From an uncultured delta proteobacterium (GTDB lineage: Bacteria > Desulfobacterota > Binatia > DP-6): 64,000 nt of DNA. A program made the translations under genes and the position numbers. Below are positions 36,208 through 46,337 of the stretch, in pieces (position 1 is the first letter of the stretch; each line of letters starts with the position of its first letter). The notes under the pieces were generated by a model, which worked only from the letters and a program-made list of their open reading frames with translations, was not told the origin of the DNA and ran no database searches. The DNA is taken from assembly GCA_963815115.1 (NCBI GenBank), contig CAWFFN010000007.1, positions 704,001 through 768,000 on the forward strand. Direction: 5' to 3'.

Positions 36208-37478
36208 GAGAAGACGTTGCGGGTGCGTGCCCGCCAGCTCGCAGGTGCGATCCGCGCGAGCGCGGCATCGGCCGTGACGGCACCGAGGATGCGTCCGGCC
36301 TCGCCAACGACTGGCAGCGCCTGCACGCGGTGGTCGATCACCTCGTTGCACGCCGGCGTCGCCGGATCGAGGGGCGCGAGAGCGGTCACGTACGGGTTCA
36401 TCACGCCGTGCAGAGAGGCGTCGGCATCAGCGGTCAGCAGGCCTCGCAGCGTGACCATGCCGCGGAGGTGGCGCGACTCGAGATCGTCCACGACGTAGGC
36501 GTAGTAGACGAACGCCGGCGTCACCAGAGACTCGTGCAGGCGGCGCGACGCCTCCGCGACCGTCGCATGCTCCGGGAGCAGGACGACGTCGTTGGTCATG
36601 ATGCCCCCCACCGTGTCCTCGGGGTACTGCAGGAGCTCCAGCACGAGGGTGCGCCGGGACGCGGGCAGGCGATCGAGCTGGCGTCCCGCGAGGCCAGGCT
36701 CCAGCCGCGCCAGGAGATCGGTCGCGGCGTCCGGGGCAAGCCACGCGAGCAGATCGGACGCGTGCTCTTCGTCCAGCTCCTCGAATATCTGGATCTGGCG
36801 CTCGGGTGCGAGCACCGCGAACACCTCGGCAGCCAGAGGACCCGGCAAGAGGCCAATCAGCTCCGCCCCGTGGAGATACGGCAGCGCGTTGCTGAGCCGC
36901 GCGATCTCACCCGGCGGCAGACGGGCAATGCGACCACAGGTCGCCTCGTCGGCCCGACGGTCGGAGGTGCCGCGCAGGAATACCACGTATCTCCAGTCGC
37001 TGACTTCGGCCTCGGACACCGAGGGCCACCGGCCCCGGGTCAGCCGGCGAACGATCGCCCGCGCACTCGTGTCGGCGGCCCGCAGGCGCAGGCCGCCGTC
37101 GTGGTACGCGAGGAGGAGGTCGTTCACCCTGGCCGCTCCGCGGCGCTGCAGGTCAATGACGAGGCTGTCGAGCAGGTCGTGGATCAGCAGGGCCCCGTGA
37201 GGTCCGTCCGCGGCCGCCGCGGGCGGCGGCGCCGCGAGGTCGTCGATCCGGAGGTCGCATCCCGACTCCGACAGCCGGACCTCCGGCGCGGCCAGCTCGC
37301 GAGGCGCGTTCCGGCGACCGACCAGCAACCGCCCCACCTTCGGGTAGTCGCCCTCTCGCAGGTCGACCGCCAGGTCGAGCAGAGGCGCCGACCGGCCGCG
37401 CGCATCGACGACCTCGCCATGCCTCAGGTGCGCAAGTGAGACCAGCGATCGCTGGCCCGGGGAGTCGTGATCCGTCAT
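36204..37478 (-). CDS. MgtE-type cytosolic protein (N-domain plus CBS pair, no TM domain)
   Basis: LL.YPEDTVGGIMT, YVVDD..LRGMVTLR.LL, LPVV..GRILG.VT.D; ends without membrane helices. Confidence 0.85.
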   Translation of the reverse strand: MTDHDSPGQRSLVSLAHLRHGEVVDARGRSAPLLDLAVDLREGDYPKVGRLLVGRRNAPRELAAPEVRLSESGCDLRIDDLAAPPPAAAADGPHGALLIHDLLDSLVIDLQRRGAARVNDLLLAYHDGGLRLRAADTSARAIVRRLTRGRWPSVSEAEVSDWRYVVFLRGTSDRRADEATCGRIARLPPGEIARLSNALPYLHGAELIGLLPGPLAAEVFAVLAPERQIQIFEELDEEHASDLLAWLAPDAATDLLARLEPGLAGRQLDRLPASRRTLVLELLQYPEDTVGGIMTNDVVLLPEHATVAEASRRLHESLVTPAFVYYAYVVDDLESRHLRGMVTLRGLLTADADASLHGVMNPYVTALAPLDPATPACNEVIDHRVQALPVVGEAGRILGAVTADAALARIAPASWRARTRNVFS

Positions 37479-37750
37479 GGCGGCGAAGCGTGGGCGGGGG
37501 ATCCTGCGCGTCCCTCGATCAGCGATCCGATGCGGTCAGCAAGGCGCCGCAGCTTCTCAGGGCGAGGCACCGTGCCACTGGTCCTGCATCTCGTTCGGTC
37601 GGAGTGACAATGACACGCCGGCTACGATGAGGGGAGACCGAATCTGCCGTCTCCGCCGGGATCGCGGTCCGCGGCCGCTCATGTCCTTGTCAGCTTGCTC
37701 CTCGCGACGACGCCATGCCCTCGCCGTCCTGGCGCAGCGATCGGCACCGC

Positions 37751-38191
37751 TCAGGACTGCCCGCTCGTCTCGCGTACCTTGGCATGGGAGCCGGGCCAGG
37801 TCTCGTGCTGCGGCAACCCGTCGGTGATCGTGAACCAGGGGGCCTTCGAGCCGACGAAGAAGTGCCCTTCCGGCGCATTGCTCGGAGCCTGCTCCAGGCC
37901 GCCAAGAGGAACGCCGATCTTCGCGGGATCGTCGTCGTACGTGCTGATGAGATTCGAACCGCATATGGAGCAGAAGTGCTTCACGACGCACTCGGAGGAA
38001 TGGTAGCGACCCAGCAGGTCCTCGCCCCTGGTCCATGTGAACTGTGACGCATTGATCGTGGCGCGGGTCCGGAACGCCGCGCCGTGCCAGCGTCGGCACT
38101 TGGAGCAGTGACAGTGAAAGATCGGGCCGAGCTCGCCCCGAATCTCGTACGCGATGCCCTCGCACAAGCAGCGACCGGTGAGGAGTTGCAT
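37751..38191 (-). CDS. GFA/CENP-V family protein
   Basis: GRCLC, CHCSKCRR, FCSICGS. Confidence 0.92.
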   Translation of the reverse strand: MQLLTGRCLCEGIAYEIRGELGPIFHCHCSKCRRWHGAAFRTRATINASQFTWTRGEDLLGRYHSSECVVKHFCSICGSNLISTYDDDPAKIGVPLGGLEQAPSNAPEGHFFVGSKAPWFTITDGLPQHETWPGSHAKVRETSGQS

Positions 38192-38264
38192 GGATTCCTC
38201 ATTAGCCCGATCGCCTCCTCACCGCGACACCGCAGCGCCCAGGCACGCATCGCATGGAGCTGCG

Positions 38265-38909
38265 CTAGTTGTTGTGACCCTTCTTGTTGGGATGCGACTG
38301 GTTGGGATGCGGCTGGGCATTCTGGTGCTGAGCGCCCTGCACCCGAGCGGGTTGAGGATGACCGGGCATTGCCGGAGGCTGGCTTTCGAACCTCGCGCCG
38401 TCATGCCTCCCGTTGGGACCACCCGGTCCTCCTTGACCGCCCTGACCGCCTTGGTTCCCTGGCTGCTGGTGAGCGTGGACCCTCTGACCTCCCGTATGAA
38501 CGTCGCCCTGGACGTGGACGCGCTGGTAGTTCCAGGGACGCCCGTTCCACGTGTGATGGGCGTAGTTGTACCTCCAGTTCCGCGGCACCCCACGGTAGAA
38601 CGCCGGGACGCCTCCATACGGAACCCAACCTCGATCGTAGTACGCGGAGCGGTACCAGCCTGCTCCATAGGGACGCCACCAGTAGCCGCTGGCGAAGAAG
38701 AGATCCGTCGCGAGGTCCGGCACAACGTACACGTTGGTGCCGGGAAGCACGACCGTCTCGGGCTGTCCCTCATAGGCGACCGGTGGAGGTTCATCCCCGA
38801 CCTGTTGCACCACGGGAGCAACTCGAGGCTGGACGTAGCCGGGTTGAACGTAGCACCCAGCTGCCAGAATGCTCGCCAACGAAAGCATCGTACGCGACAA
38901 GTGTTTCAT
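38265..38909 (-). CDS. Putative lipoprotein with Trp/Tyr-rich core and Gly/Gln tail
   Basis: Lipobox-like LAAGC; GYWW..GWYRS..Y..GW; GGAG RBS. Confidence 0.75.
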   Translation of the reverse strand: MKHLSRTMLSLASILAAGCYVQPGYVQPRVAPVVQQVGDEPPPVAYEGQPETVVLPGTNVYVVPDLATDLFFASGYWWRPYGAGWYRSAYYDRGWVPYGGVPAFYRGVPRNWRYNYAHHTWNGRPWNYQRVHVQGDVHTGGQRVHAHQQPGNQGGQGGQGGPGGPNGRHDGARFESQPPAMPGHPQPARVQGAQHQNAQPHPNQSHPNKKGHNN

Positions 38910-39374
38910 TGGTCTCCAGTTCCGTGCGTCACTCGACTTGCTCACCCGAGGACCGATTTCCTGGTGGACGCGACCTTGGCTCCGTTCTCTGAGCTCACTA
39001 CAGTAGCTAGAGAACCCGTGCTAGCCTAGTCCTCCTCCCTAGTCTGTCATCTCTCAGCATCGGCTAGACTCCTCTCATACGGCCGGACCTCCAGTCAAGC
39101 AAAGATGACGAGAGGGCTGAGACCAGCCAGACGAGGCGGATCGCATGGCGAGTGCCTGGTCGCCTCGGGCCGCGGCTCCCGGCCGCGCGGGGACGAGGTT
39201 CGTGCCCTCACCCCCCCTGGACAGGGGCGCACTGATCGACCGGCTCCTGGGGCGCTCGCCCCGGGCGCGGCCCCCCGACTCTTTTGTAGGAACCGACCGG
39301 TAGCTCTTACGGCCCCGCGCCAGCTCGGGCCCCGCTCCCTACCTTCCTCCGGCCCACGATCCGCCAGGCGACCC

Positions 39375-39390
39375 TGGCAACCGATTTGCT
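39375..39390 (+). promoter_or_regulatory. Sigma54 -24/-12 promoter
   Basis: TGGCAACCGATTTGCT (GG-N10-GC), 59 nt before ATG 39449. Confidence 0.7.
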
Positions 39391-39448
39391 GGCAATCCCC
39401 AGGAGCCGCCATGAGCGGCGCAACGCCTTTTACCCTCGGGAGGGCCGG

Positions 39449-39910
39449 ATGAACGCCATTCAGTTTCTGAAGAAGCAGCACGCGGAGGCCAAGGCGGGCT
39501 TCGAGAAGATCGAGAAGGGACACGGGAAGGACCGTGGCCTGCTCTGGAAGCACCTGAGCCCGGAGCTCGAGCTCCACGAGCAGATGGAGGAGAAGCACCT
39601 CTACGGTCCCGTCTCCCAGGAGACGACGGAGCCGGCGCTCGCCTCCTGGCCGGACCGGCATGCCCGCGAGGTCCACGAAGCGGAGCAGCTGATCGCGACC
39701 ATCGACCGCGGGTCGCCGGAAGATCGCGAGTGGCTGGACGCGGTGAAGCGCCTGCACGCCGCGCTCGAGAAGCACATCCACGAGGAGGAGCGCGAGATCT
39801 GGCCCAGGATCGAACGGGTGTGGGACAGGGCACAGCTCGAGCAGGCGGGAGAGCGGATGGCGGCGATGAAGGAGGAAGGGGGCCGCGAGCAGGCGAGGAA
39901 GCACGCGTAG
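39449..39910 (+). CDS. Hemerythrin-like (HHE) domain protein
   Basis: QH, LHEQMEE, KHIHEEE; GGAGG RBS. Confidence 0.85.
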   Translation: MNAIQFLKKQHAEAKAGFEKIEKGHGKDRGLLWKHLSPELELHEQMEEKHLYGPVSQETTEPALASWPDRHAREVHEAEQLIATIDRGSPEDREWLDAVKRLHAALEKHIHEEEREIWPRIERVWDRAQLEQAGERMAAMKEEGGREQARKHA

Positions 39911-39962
39911 CACTCTCCGCTCGGCAACCTCTGTTGACTCATCCGCCGGGGACCGCTCAGAC

Positions 39963-41138
39963 ATGGGCGCCATGTCCCGGTCCTTCGGCCTCGGCGTTCT
40001 CGTCGCGGGAGCAATCCTGGCCCTCGCGACGGGAGCGGACGCGGTGGCGCCACTCGCGCGGCGCGCCGACAGGGCGCTCAACGGGGCGCTCGGCAATCTG
40101 GTCACGATGCGGGACGGGCCGCCCGGTGTCATCGCCGTCGTGCAGCGGGGTGCGCGTCTCGACGTCCACGTCGCGGGGACCGGCAACATCGTCACGCGGC
40201 AGCCTTCACTCACCACCGACCACATGCGGATCGCGAGCGTCGCCAAGGCCTTCAGCGGGGCCGTCGCCCTGTCGCTCGTCAACGACGGCGTGCTCTCGCT
40301 CGACGACACCATCGGGGTGCGGCTGCCGGACCTCCCTGCCGCATGGCACGGCGTCACCCTGCGACAGCTCCTCAATCACACGGGGGGAGTGCCCGACTTC
40401 CTCGCGAGCCAGGCGGCCCAGCAGGCGATCTTCGCGTCGCTCCTCGATCCGCCACCGCCCCGGCAGCTCCTCGATTTCGTGAAGAACGAGCCCCTCGGCC
40501 CGGGCGCCGGTCGCCGCTATCACTACTCGAACTCCGACAACATCATCGTCGGGCTGATGGTGGAGGCCGCGACGCACGACACCTACGAGCACCAGCTCGC
40601 GCAGCGGGTCACGGGCCCCCTGGGACTTCCCGAGACGACGCTGCCGCGCGGTGCCGAGATGCCCGCCCCTTTCATCCACGGCTACGACCTCGGCGACGAC
40701 GCGATCTTCGAGGACGTCAGCGAGATCTTCGCCGCGGGCTGGGCCTGGGCGTCCGGTGGCATCGTCTCGACACCCCAGGACCTCAATCGCTTCATCCGCG
40801 GCTACGTCGGCGGCGCCCTGTTCCGGGCCGACGTGCAGGCGGAGCAGCGCCGCTTCATCCGCGGCGGCGGCTCGGAGCCGCGCGGGCCCGGAATGAACGC
40901 TTCCGGACTGGCTCTGTTCCGTTACACGACCCGTTGCGGCACGGTCTACGGCCACACCGGCAACACGTTCGGATACACCCAGTTCGCGGCCGCGAGCAGC
41001 GATGGCAGCCGGTCCGTGACCGTCGCGATCAATCTCCAGCGCACGCAGGAGACCAAAGGAAGGCAGGCGCGCGCCGTCTTCCGCGCGCTCCGCCAGACCG
41101 AGCTCCTCGCCGTGTGCGCGGCGCTCGCCCGCGGCTGA
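39963..41138 (+). CDS. Secreted serine hydrolase (beta-lactamase/D-peptidase family)
   Basis: SVAK, LLNHTGG, YSN, GHTG; signal peptide. Confidence 0.92.
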   Translation: MGAMSRSFGLGVLVAGAILALATGADAVAPLARRADRALNGALGNLVTMRDGPPGVIAVVQRGARLDVHVAGTGNIVTRQPSLTTDHMRIASVAKAFSGAVALSLVNDGVLSLDDTIGVRLPDLPAAWHGVTLRQLLNHTGGVPDFLASQAAQQAIFASLLDPPPPRQLLDFVKNEPLGPGAGRRYHYSNSDNIIVGLMVEAATHDTYEHQLAQRVTGPLGLPETTLPRGAEMPAPFIHGYDLGDDAIFEDVSEIFAAGWAWASGGIVSTPQDLNRFIRGYVGGALFRADVQAEQRRFIRGGGSEPRGPGMNASGLALFRYTTRCGTVYGHTGNTFGYTQFAAASSDGSRSVTVAINLQRTQETKGRQARAVFRALRQTELLAVCAALARG

Positions 41139-41149
41139 CGGGCTTCCCG

Positions 41150-43174
41150 CTACGGGACCGGCGTCCCGCCGGCGGCCGCGGTCAGGGCCATCGCATCCTC
41201 GGGAAGCAGGAGGCGCTGGTGCACGAGACGCGTCGCCGCCCGCGCGAACCGTTTCACGTACCGCGCGTGGGTACGGTATCGCTCCGCGAGCGAGCGGCGC
41301 GGGTCGCCCGCCGCCACCCGCTCCGTCCGCGTGCGCACAAACGGGATCTGCTGGCCCGCCGCATCGCACAGATCGTCACCGGCGAACGCCGCAGCGCGCA
41401 GCGCCCAGCCGGTGTAGGTCGCGGTCGGAACGGCCACCGCCGGCAGCCGGATGCCCGCGACGTCGTTGCCGTCGGCATCGGTCCTCGGCACGAGCACGGG
41501 GTACGGCGTGCCCAGCATCGCCGGCGGCAGCACGCCCAAGATCCCCTGCTCCAGCGACGGTCCGAAGTCGAACCAGTCGCCCGTCCGCAGCAGCCCGTTG
41601 TGGGTGACGCCCGCGACGTCCGGAAATCGGACCCTGGTGCGGGGAAGCGACGGCACGAGCGTGCCGTTCGAGCGGCGGGGAACGCGGCTCGGCGGTGGCC
41701 GGCGACCCGCCGACACCCAGGCATCGAGGGCGACCAGAAGGGCCCGGAGCGCGGGATTGGGAGCAAGCCCGTTCTGCTCCTGCTGGCAGATGCGCGACCC
41801 GACACCCGCCAGGTGCGGCAGGCTCGACAGCAGGTAGGTCCGCACGTTGGGAGGATCGCGCAGGTCCTTGCCGTCGGCGTCGGTGTGCAGCAGCGACGCC
41901 GACTTGTTCCAGTACTCGTTCGACGAGTTCACGTCGAAGATCCTGGGGCACGTCGCGCTGGCGAGGCAGCGGCGCAGGCGCCCGTCGGTCCGCTTCGTCA
42001 CCGGGTCGGTCGTGACCCTCCAGGCGAACGGGAACCGGATCTCCGGGTACAGGCGATCGCGATGCTGGCGGATCGTCCGGCCCGGCTGGGCGAAGCGGTG
42101 GTTGAACGATCCCCCGCCCGGCCCGCCCAGGTAGTCGAGCAGCCCGTCGAAGACGATGCGGCCGCTCTCATCCTCGTTGAAGCCGAGATGGACGAAGTCC
42201 CGCAGGAAGCGAGCCGGCTGCGAGAGGCCGAAGCCGTGCACGAAGCCGAGCCGGCCGGCGACCGGGTTCGGCGTGCCCGAGTCGTCGGCGGTCGCGCGAC
42301 GCAGGAAGGCGAGGAAGTCGCGCGTCGCCGCGAACGCGATCCCGGCGACCAGCGGGTCGCGGGCGGGATAGACCAGGTCGTACAGCCTACCCTGCTGGAA
42401 CGACGTCCCCGCCGGCAGGAGGCGAACGGTGCGATCGTCCACGTAGCTCCAGCCGCTCGGCGGGATCGCGACCGGCGGATCCGTCGCGTGCACCCTGACG
42501 CCGAGGGTCGCCGCCGAGGTGTCCGTGCTCGCGGCGGCATACGACAGGCGGTTCGTCGGTGCGGCGGCGTCGACGACGAATTCCTCGAGCGATGGGCCGA
42601 CGATCGGCGAGCCGTCGGGCTTCGTCGCCACGGGGACCGCGATCGACAACGCCGACGGACCGCCCGACGGGATCGTCACGTCCCATCCGCTCCAGGCGAT
42701 GACGTAGCCGCGACGCATGAGGAACCCGTCGCCGGCATCGGCAGGGGCCGTCGGGTCGTTGCTCAGGAAGACACCGTCCACCGTGTTGATGACGCCGGTC
42801 GCCAGCTTCAGGCCGCGGTTGTTGCCCTCGTAGAAAAGCTTGCCGCTCGCCCGCGCCATGTCGACCGGCTTCAGCAGGTAGACGTCCATGGAGTACTCGA
42901 CCTCGCCGGCCGCGTTCCGGGGCGCGGCGGCCAGATCCGTGATCACGGTGTTGTGCGGGTCGTTCGGATCGAGCTCGCCGGAGGCGCGTCCGAGGAGCTT
43001 CTCGTACGGCCCGACCTCGCCGAAGGATACCCCCCCGAAGGTCGGCGACTGCACGGTCCCGAGCACCAGCTTGGTGATCCGGCCCTCGGCCGGTCCACCG
43101 GCGAGCATGCAGGCCCCCACCAGGGCGGTGACGGCGGCCAGGCACGCCCTTCTTCGAGGCTCGGGGGTCCGCAT
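41150..43174 (-). CDS. Secreted large alpha/beta-hydrolase-domain protein
   Basis: NNRG, WSGW, GLSQPARFLR, NEYW, DADGN..AGIRLP; signal peptide. Confidence 0.85.
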   Translation of the reverse strand: MRTPEPRRRACLAAVTALVGACMLAGGPAEGRITKLVLGTVQSPTFGGVSFGEVGPYEKLLGRASGELDPNDPHNTVITDLAAAPRNAAGEVEYSMDVYLLKPVDMARASGKLFYEGNNRGLKLATGVINTVDGVFLSNDPTAPADAGDGFLMRRGYVIAWSGWDVTIPSGGPSALSIAVPVATKPDGSPIVGPSLEEFVVDAAAPTNRLSYAAASTDTSAATLGVRVHATDPPVAIPPSGWSYVDDRTVRLLPAGTSFQQGRLYDLVYPARDPLVAGIAFAATRDFLAFLRRATADDSGTPNPVAGRLGFVHGFGLSQPARFLRDFVHLGFNEDESGRIVFDGLLDYLGGPGGGSFNHRFAQPGRTIRQHRDRLYPEIRFPFAWRVTTDPVTKRTDGRLRRCLASATCPRIFDVNSSNEYWNKSASLLHTDADGKDLRDPPNVRTYLLSSLPHLAGVGSRICQQEQNGLAPNPALRALLVALDAWVSAGRRPPPSRVPRRSNGTLVPSLPRTRVRFPDVAGVTHNGLLRTGDWFDFGPSLEQGILGVLPPAMLGTPYPVLVPRTDADGNDVAGIRLPAVAVPTATYTGWALRAAAFAGDDLCDAAGQQIPFVRTRTERVAAGDPRRSLAERYRTHARYVKRFARAATRLVHQRLLLPEDAMALTAAAGGTPVP

Positions 43175-43532
43175 CGCGAGCCGCCGGCTACCGCGCAGCA
43201 GCGTTTCGAGTCAACGCCGCGGGGCATCCTGCCGCGGCGGGGCATCGTGCGACGGCGCGGCGGCCGTCGACACGCACGGAATCCGTGTCCGTCGCGTGGT
43301 CCGCCACTTGCTGTGCCCAGCAGACGAGCGGGATCTCACCCGCCAGCGCCGCGGCGCCGGCTTCGTTCACGTCGGAACGCTTTGCGAGCTGGCTAGACAA
43401 TGACGTTGGTGACCTTTCACATCGGCGCAATCGCGCTCGGCATGGTCCGCCCGTGCGGATGGGCGACCATCGCTCGCCTGTGCTTGCCGTTCGGGTCCTG
43501 GAGCCGCTCCTGACCTCCCGTCCCCCCTGCGC

Positions 43533-45095
43533 ATGAAATCCCGCGCCCTGCTCCTCCTCGCCACGCTCGTGGCGTCCGGCGTCCACGGCGCCGCCCACGC
43601 GGCCGACAGACCGAACATCGTCTTCGTCCTCGCGGACGATCTCGGCTACGGCGACGTCAAGGCTCTCAATCCCGACGGCAAGATCGCGACGCCGAACATG
43701 GATCAGCTCGCCGCCGGCGGCATGGCCTTCACCGACGCCCACGGCAGCGCGTCGGTCTGCAGTCCGGCGCGCTACAGCATCCTGACCGGGCGCTACAACT
43801 GGCGCTCGCGGCTCCAGAGCGGCGTGCTCGGCGGCGTCAGCCCCCATCTCATCGACCCCGCCCGCCTCACCGTCCCCGGGTTGCTGAAGCAGCACGGATA
43901 CACGACCGCCTGCATCGGCAAGTGGCACCTCGGCATGGACTGGACCCCGAAGGACGTCACGGCCCCGCCCTTCGGCGACAGCGCACGCACCGCCGACCCG
44001 TGGAGCGTCGACTACACGAAGCCGATCGCCAACGGCCCGAACGCCCTCGGCTTCGACTACTTCTTCGGGATCGCCGGGTCGCTCGACATGCCGCCCTACA
44101 CGTTCATCGAGAACGCCCACGTCACCGAGGTGCCGACGGTGGAGAAGCAATGGGGGCATCGCAAGGGACCCGCGGCGCCCGACTTCGAGGCGGTCGACGT
44201 CGTCCCCGCCCTCGTGCGCCGCGCGGTCGACTACCTCGACGCCCACGCACAAGCCGGCGAGCCGTTCTTTCTCTACCTGCCGCTGACCTCACCCCACACG
44301 CCGCTGGTCCCGTCACCGGAATGGAAGGGAAAGAGCGGCATCAACGCCTACGCCGACTTCGTCATGGAGACCGACTGGGCGCTCGGCGAGGTGCTGCGCG
44401 CGCTGGATCACGACGGTCTCGCGCAGAGCACCCTCGTCATCTTCGCGAGCGACAACGGAGCCTCACCCGCGGCCGACTTCAAGGAGCTCGCGGCGCACGG
44501 CCACAACCCGAGCGACGTCTTTCGGGGCCGCAAGTCGGACATCTGGGACGGCGGCCATCGCATTCCGTTCGTCGTCCGCTGGCCGGGGAAGGTGCCACCC
44601 GGATCCATCAGCCGCGAGGTCGTCGGCCTCGGCGATCTGCTGGCCACCTGTGCCGACATCGTCGGGGCCGCGCTCCCCGACGATGCCGGCGAGGACAGCG
44701 TGAGCATCCTGCCAGCGCTGCTCGGTCGATCGTCCGGGCCGTTGCACGAGGCGATCGTGCACCACTCGGTCGAGGGACAGTTCTCGATCCGGGAGGGCGA
44801 CTGGAAGCTCGAGATGTGCCCCGGCTCGGGCGGCAACAGCAAGCCGACGGACCCGGCGGCCGCCCGGAAAGGCCTGCCTGCTCTGCAGCTCTACGACATG
44901 GCCACCGACGTCGCCGAGACCCGTAACGTCGAGTCCGAGCAGCCCGCCGTGGTCGAGCGGCTGACGGCGCTCGTCGAGCACTACGTCGAGGCCGGCCGCA
45001 GCACCCCGGGGATGCCGCAGCGCAACGACGTGGCGGTGCACATCTACAAGCCGGACGCCGACCAGACCGAGGGCGGTGACACCGGAGCGGACTGA
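43533..45095 (+). CDS. Secreted arylsulfatase family protein
   Basis: PNIVFVLADDLGYGD, CSPAR (formylglycine motif), GKWHLG, SDNG. Confidence 0.95.
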   Translation: MKSRALLLLATLVASGVHGAAHAADRPNIVFVLADDLGYGDVKALNPDGKIATPNMDQLAAGGMAFTDAHGSASVCSPARYSILTGRYNWRSRLQSGVLGGVSPHLIDPARLTVPGLLKQHGYTTACIGKWHLGMDWTPKDVTAPPFGDSARTADPWSVDYTKPIANGPNALGFDYFFGIAGSLDMPPYTFIENAHVTEVPTVEKQWGHRKGPAAPDFEAVDVVPALVRRAVDYLDAHAQAGEPFFLYLPLTSPHTPLVPSPEWKGKSGINAYADFVMETDWALGEVLRALDHDGLAQSTLVIFASDNGASPAADFKELAAHGHNPSDVFRGRKSDIWDGGHRIPFVVRWPGKVPPGSISREVVGLGDLLATCADIVGAALPDDAGEDSVSILPALLGRSSGPLHEAIVHHSVEGQFSIREGDWKLEMCPGSGGNSKPTDPAAARKGLPALQLYDMATDVAETRNVESEQPAVVERLTALVEHYVEAGRSTPGMPQRNDVAVHIYKPDADQTEGGDTGAD

Positions 45096-45172
45096 AACGC
45101 GCCAAACCCTGTATCTTCCCCCTGCCGGGCGCGCTACACATGACCTCGCGGGACCGACCGCAGAGAGACGAC

Positions 45173-46003
45173 ATGCGCTGGACGCCAGGCCGCCGGAGCG
45201 ACAACCTCGAGGACCGTCGCGGGATGGGCATGCGCGCGGGCATCCCGATCAGCATCGGAGGCCTGCTGGTGCTCGGCCTGCTCAGCCTGGTCACCGGTCG
45301 CAACTTCCTCTCGCTGATCGCGGACCAGGGCGGCACCCCCACCACGTCCGAGGGTCCCGTGCAGTCGTCGCCCGAGGAAGATCGCCTGGTCCAGTTCGTC
45401 TCGTTCGTCCTGGACGATGCCCAGAACACCTGGCGGCAGCTCCTCCCCGGCCGCTACCAGGACGCCAAGCTGGTGCTGTTCCGCGACCAGGTGCAGTCGG
45501 CCTGCGGCTACGGGCGCGCGACCTCCGGACCGTTCTACTGTCCCGGTGATCAGAAGGTCTACATCGACCTCGGCTTCTACGACGAGCTGCGCCGCCGCTT
45601 CGGCGCCCCGGGCGAGTTCGCCCAGGCCTACGTGCTGGCACACGAGATCGGCCACCACGTGCAGAACATCACGGGCATCGAGCCGCAGGTGCGGCGCGCG
45701 ATGCAGTCACGGCCGGACCTGCAGAACGAGCTCTCCGTTCGACTCGAGCTCCAGGCCGATTGCTTCGCGGGGGTGTGGGGGCACTCGACCGCGCGGCGTC
45801 AGATCCTCGAGGAGGGCGACGCCGAGCAGGCGCTCAACGCCGCCGCCGCCATCGGCGACGATCGTATCCAGCGCATGAGCGAGGGATGGGTCCAGCCCGA
45901 GACGTTCACCCACGGGTCGTCGGCGCAGCGCGTCCAGTGGTTCAAGCGGGGGCTCCAGAGCGGCGACATGAGAGACTGCGACACCTTCAATGGCAGGATC
46001 TGA
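45173..46003 (+). CDS. YpfJ-like neutral zinc metallopeptidase
   Basis: MRW...SDNLEDRRG, GPFYCPGD, HEIGHHVQ, ELQADC, FTHG. Confidence 0.92.
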   Translation: MRWTPGRRSDNLEDRRGMGMRAGIPISIGGLLVLGLLSLVTGRNFLSLIADQGGTPTTSEGPVQSSPEEDRLVQFVSFVLDDAQNTWRQLLPGRYQDAKLVLFRDQVQSACGYGRATSGPFYCPGDQKVYIDLGFYDELRRRFGAPGEFAQAYVLAHEIGHHVQNITGIEPQVRRAMQSRPDLQNELSVRLELQADCFAGVWGHSTARRQILEEGDAEQALNAAAAIGDDRIQRMSEGWVQPETFTHGSSAQRVQWFKRGLQSGDMRDCDTFNGRI

Positions 46004-46006
46004 TCG

Positions 46007-46336
46007 ATGGACCTTCGCGCGAAACGCTGCGTGCCGTGCGAGGGCGGCGTCCCCGCGCTCGAAGCGGCGCAGGTCGCCGCCCTGCTGCGCGAGATTCCCG
46101 GCTGGGAGGCCCGTGACGGCCGGCTCCAGCGCATCTTCACCTTCCGTGACTTCGTCACCGCCATGCGATTCGTGAACCGGATGGCCGACGTGGCCGAGGC
46201 GGAGGGGCACCATCCCGACTTCACCGTCCACTACCGGCGCGTCGACGTGGCGGTGTGGACCCACGCCATCGACGGGCTCTCCGAGAACGACTTCATCCTC
46301 GCCGCCAAGATCGGCCCCCTCGCCGACGGACTCTGA
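46007..46336 (+). CDS. Pterin-4-alpha-carbinolamine dehydratase
   Basis: CVPCEGG, AEAEGHHPD, WTHAIDGLSENDFILAAKI. Confidence 0.93.
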   Translation: MDLRAKRCVPCEGGVPALEAAQVAALLREIPGWEARDGRLQRIFTFRDFVTAMRFVNRMADVAEAEGHHPDFTVHYRRVDVAVWTHAIDGLSENDFILAAKIGPLADGL

Positions 46337-46337
46337 G

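Noticed and set aside
37479-37750. Mg/Mn riboswitch upstream of the MgtE/NRAMP pair
   Set aside because: No M-box or yybP-ykoY consensus was recognisable by eye; an Rfam scan is needed. The TGGCAC motif here has the wrong spacing for sigma54.
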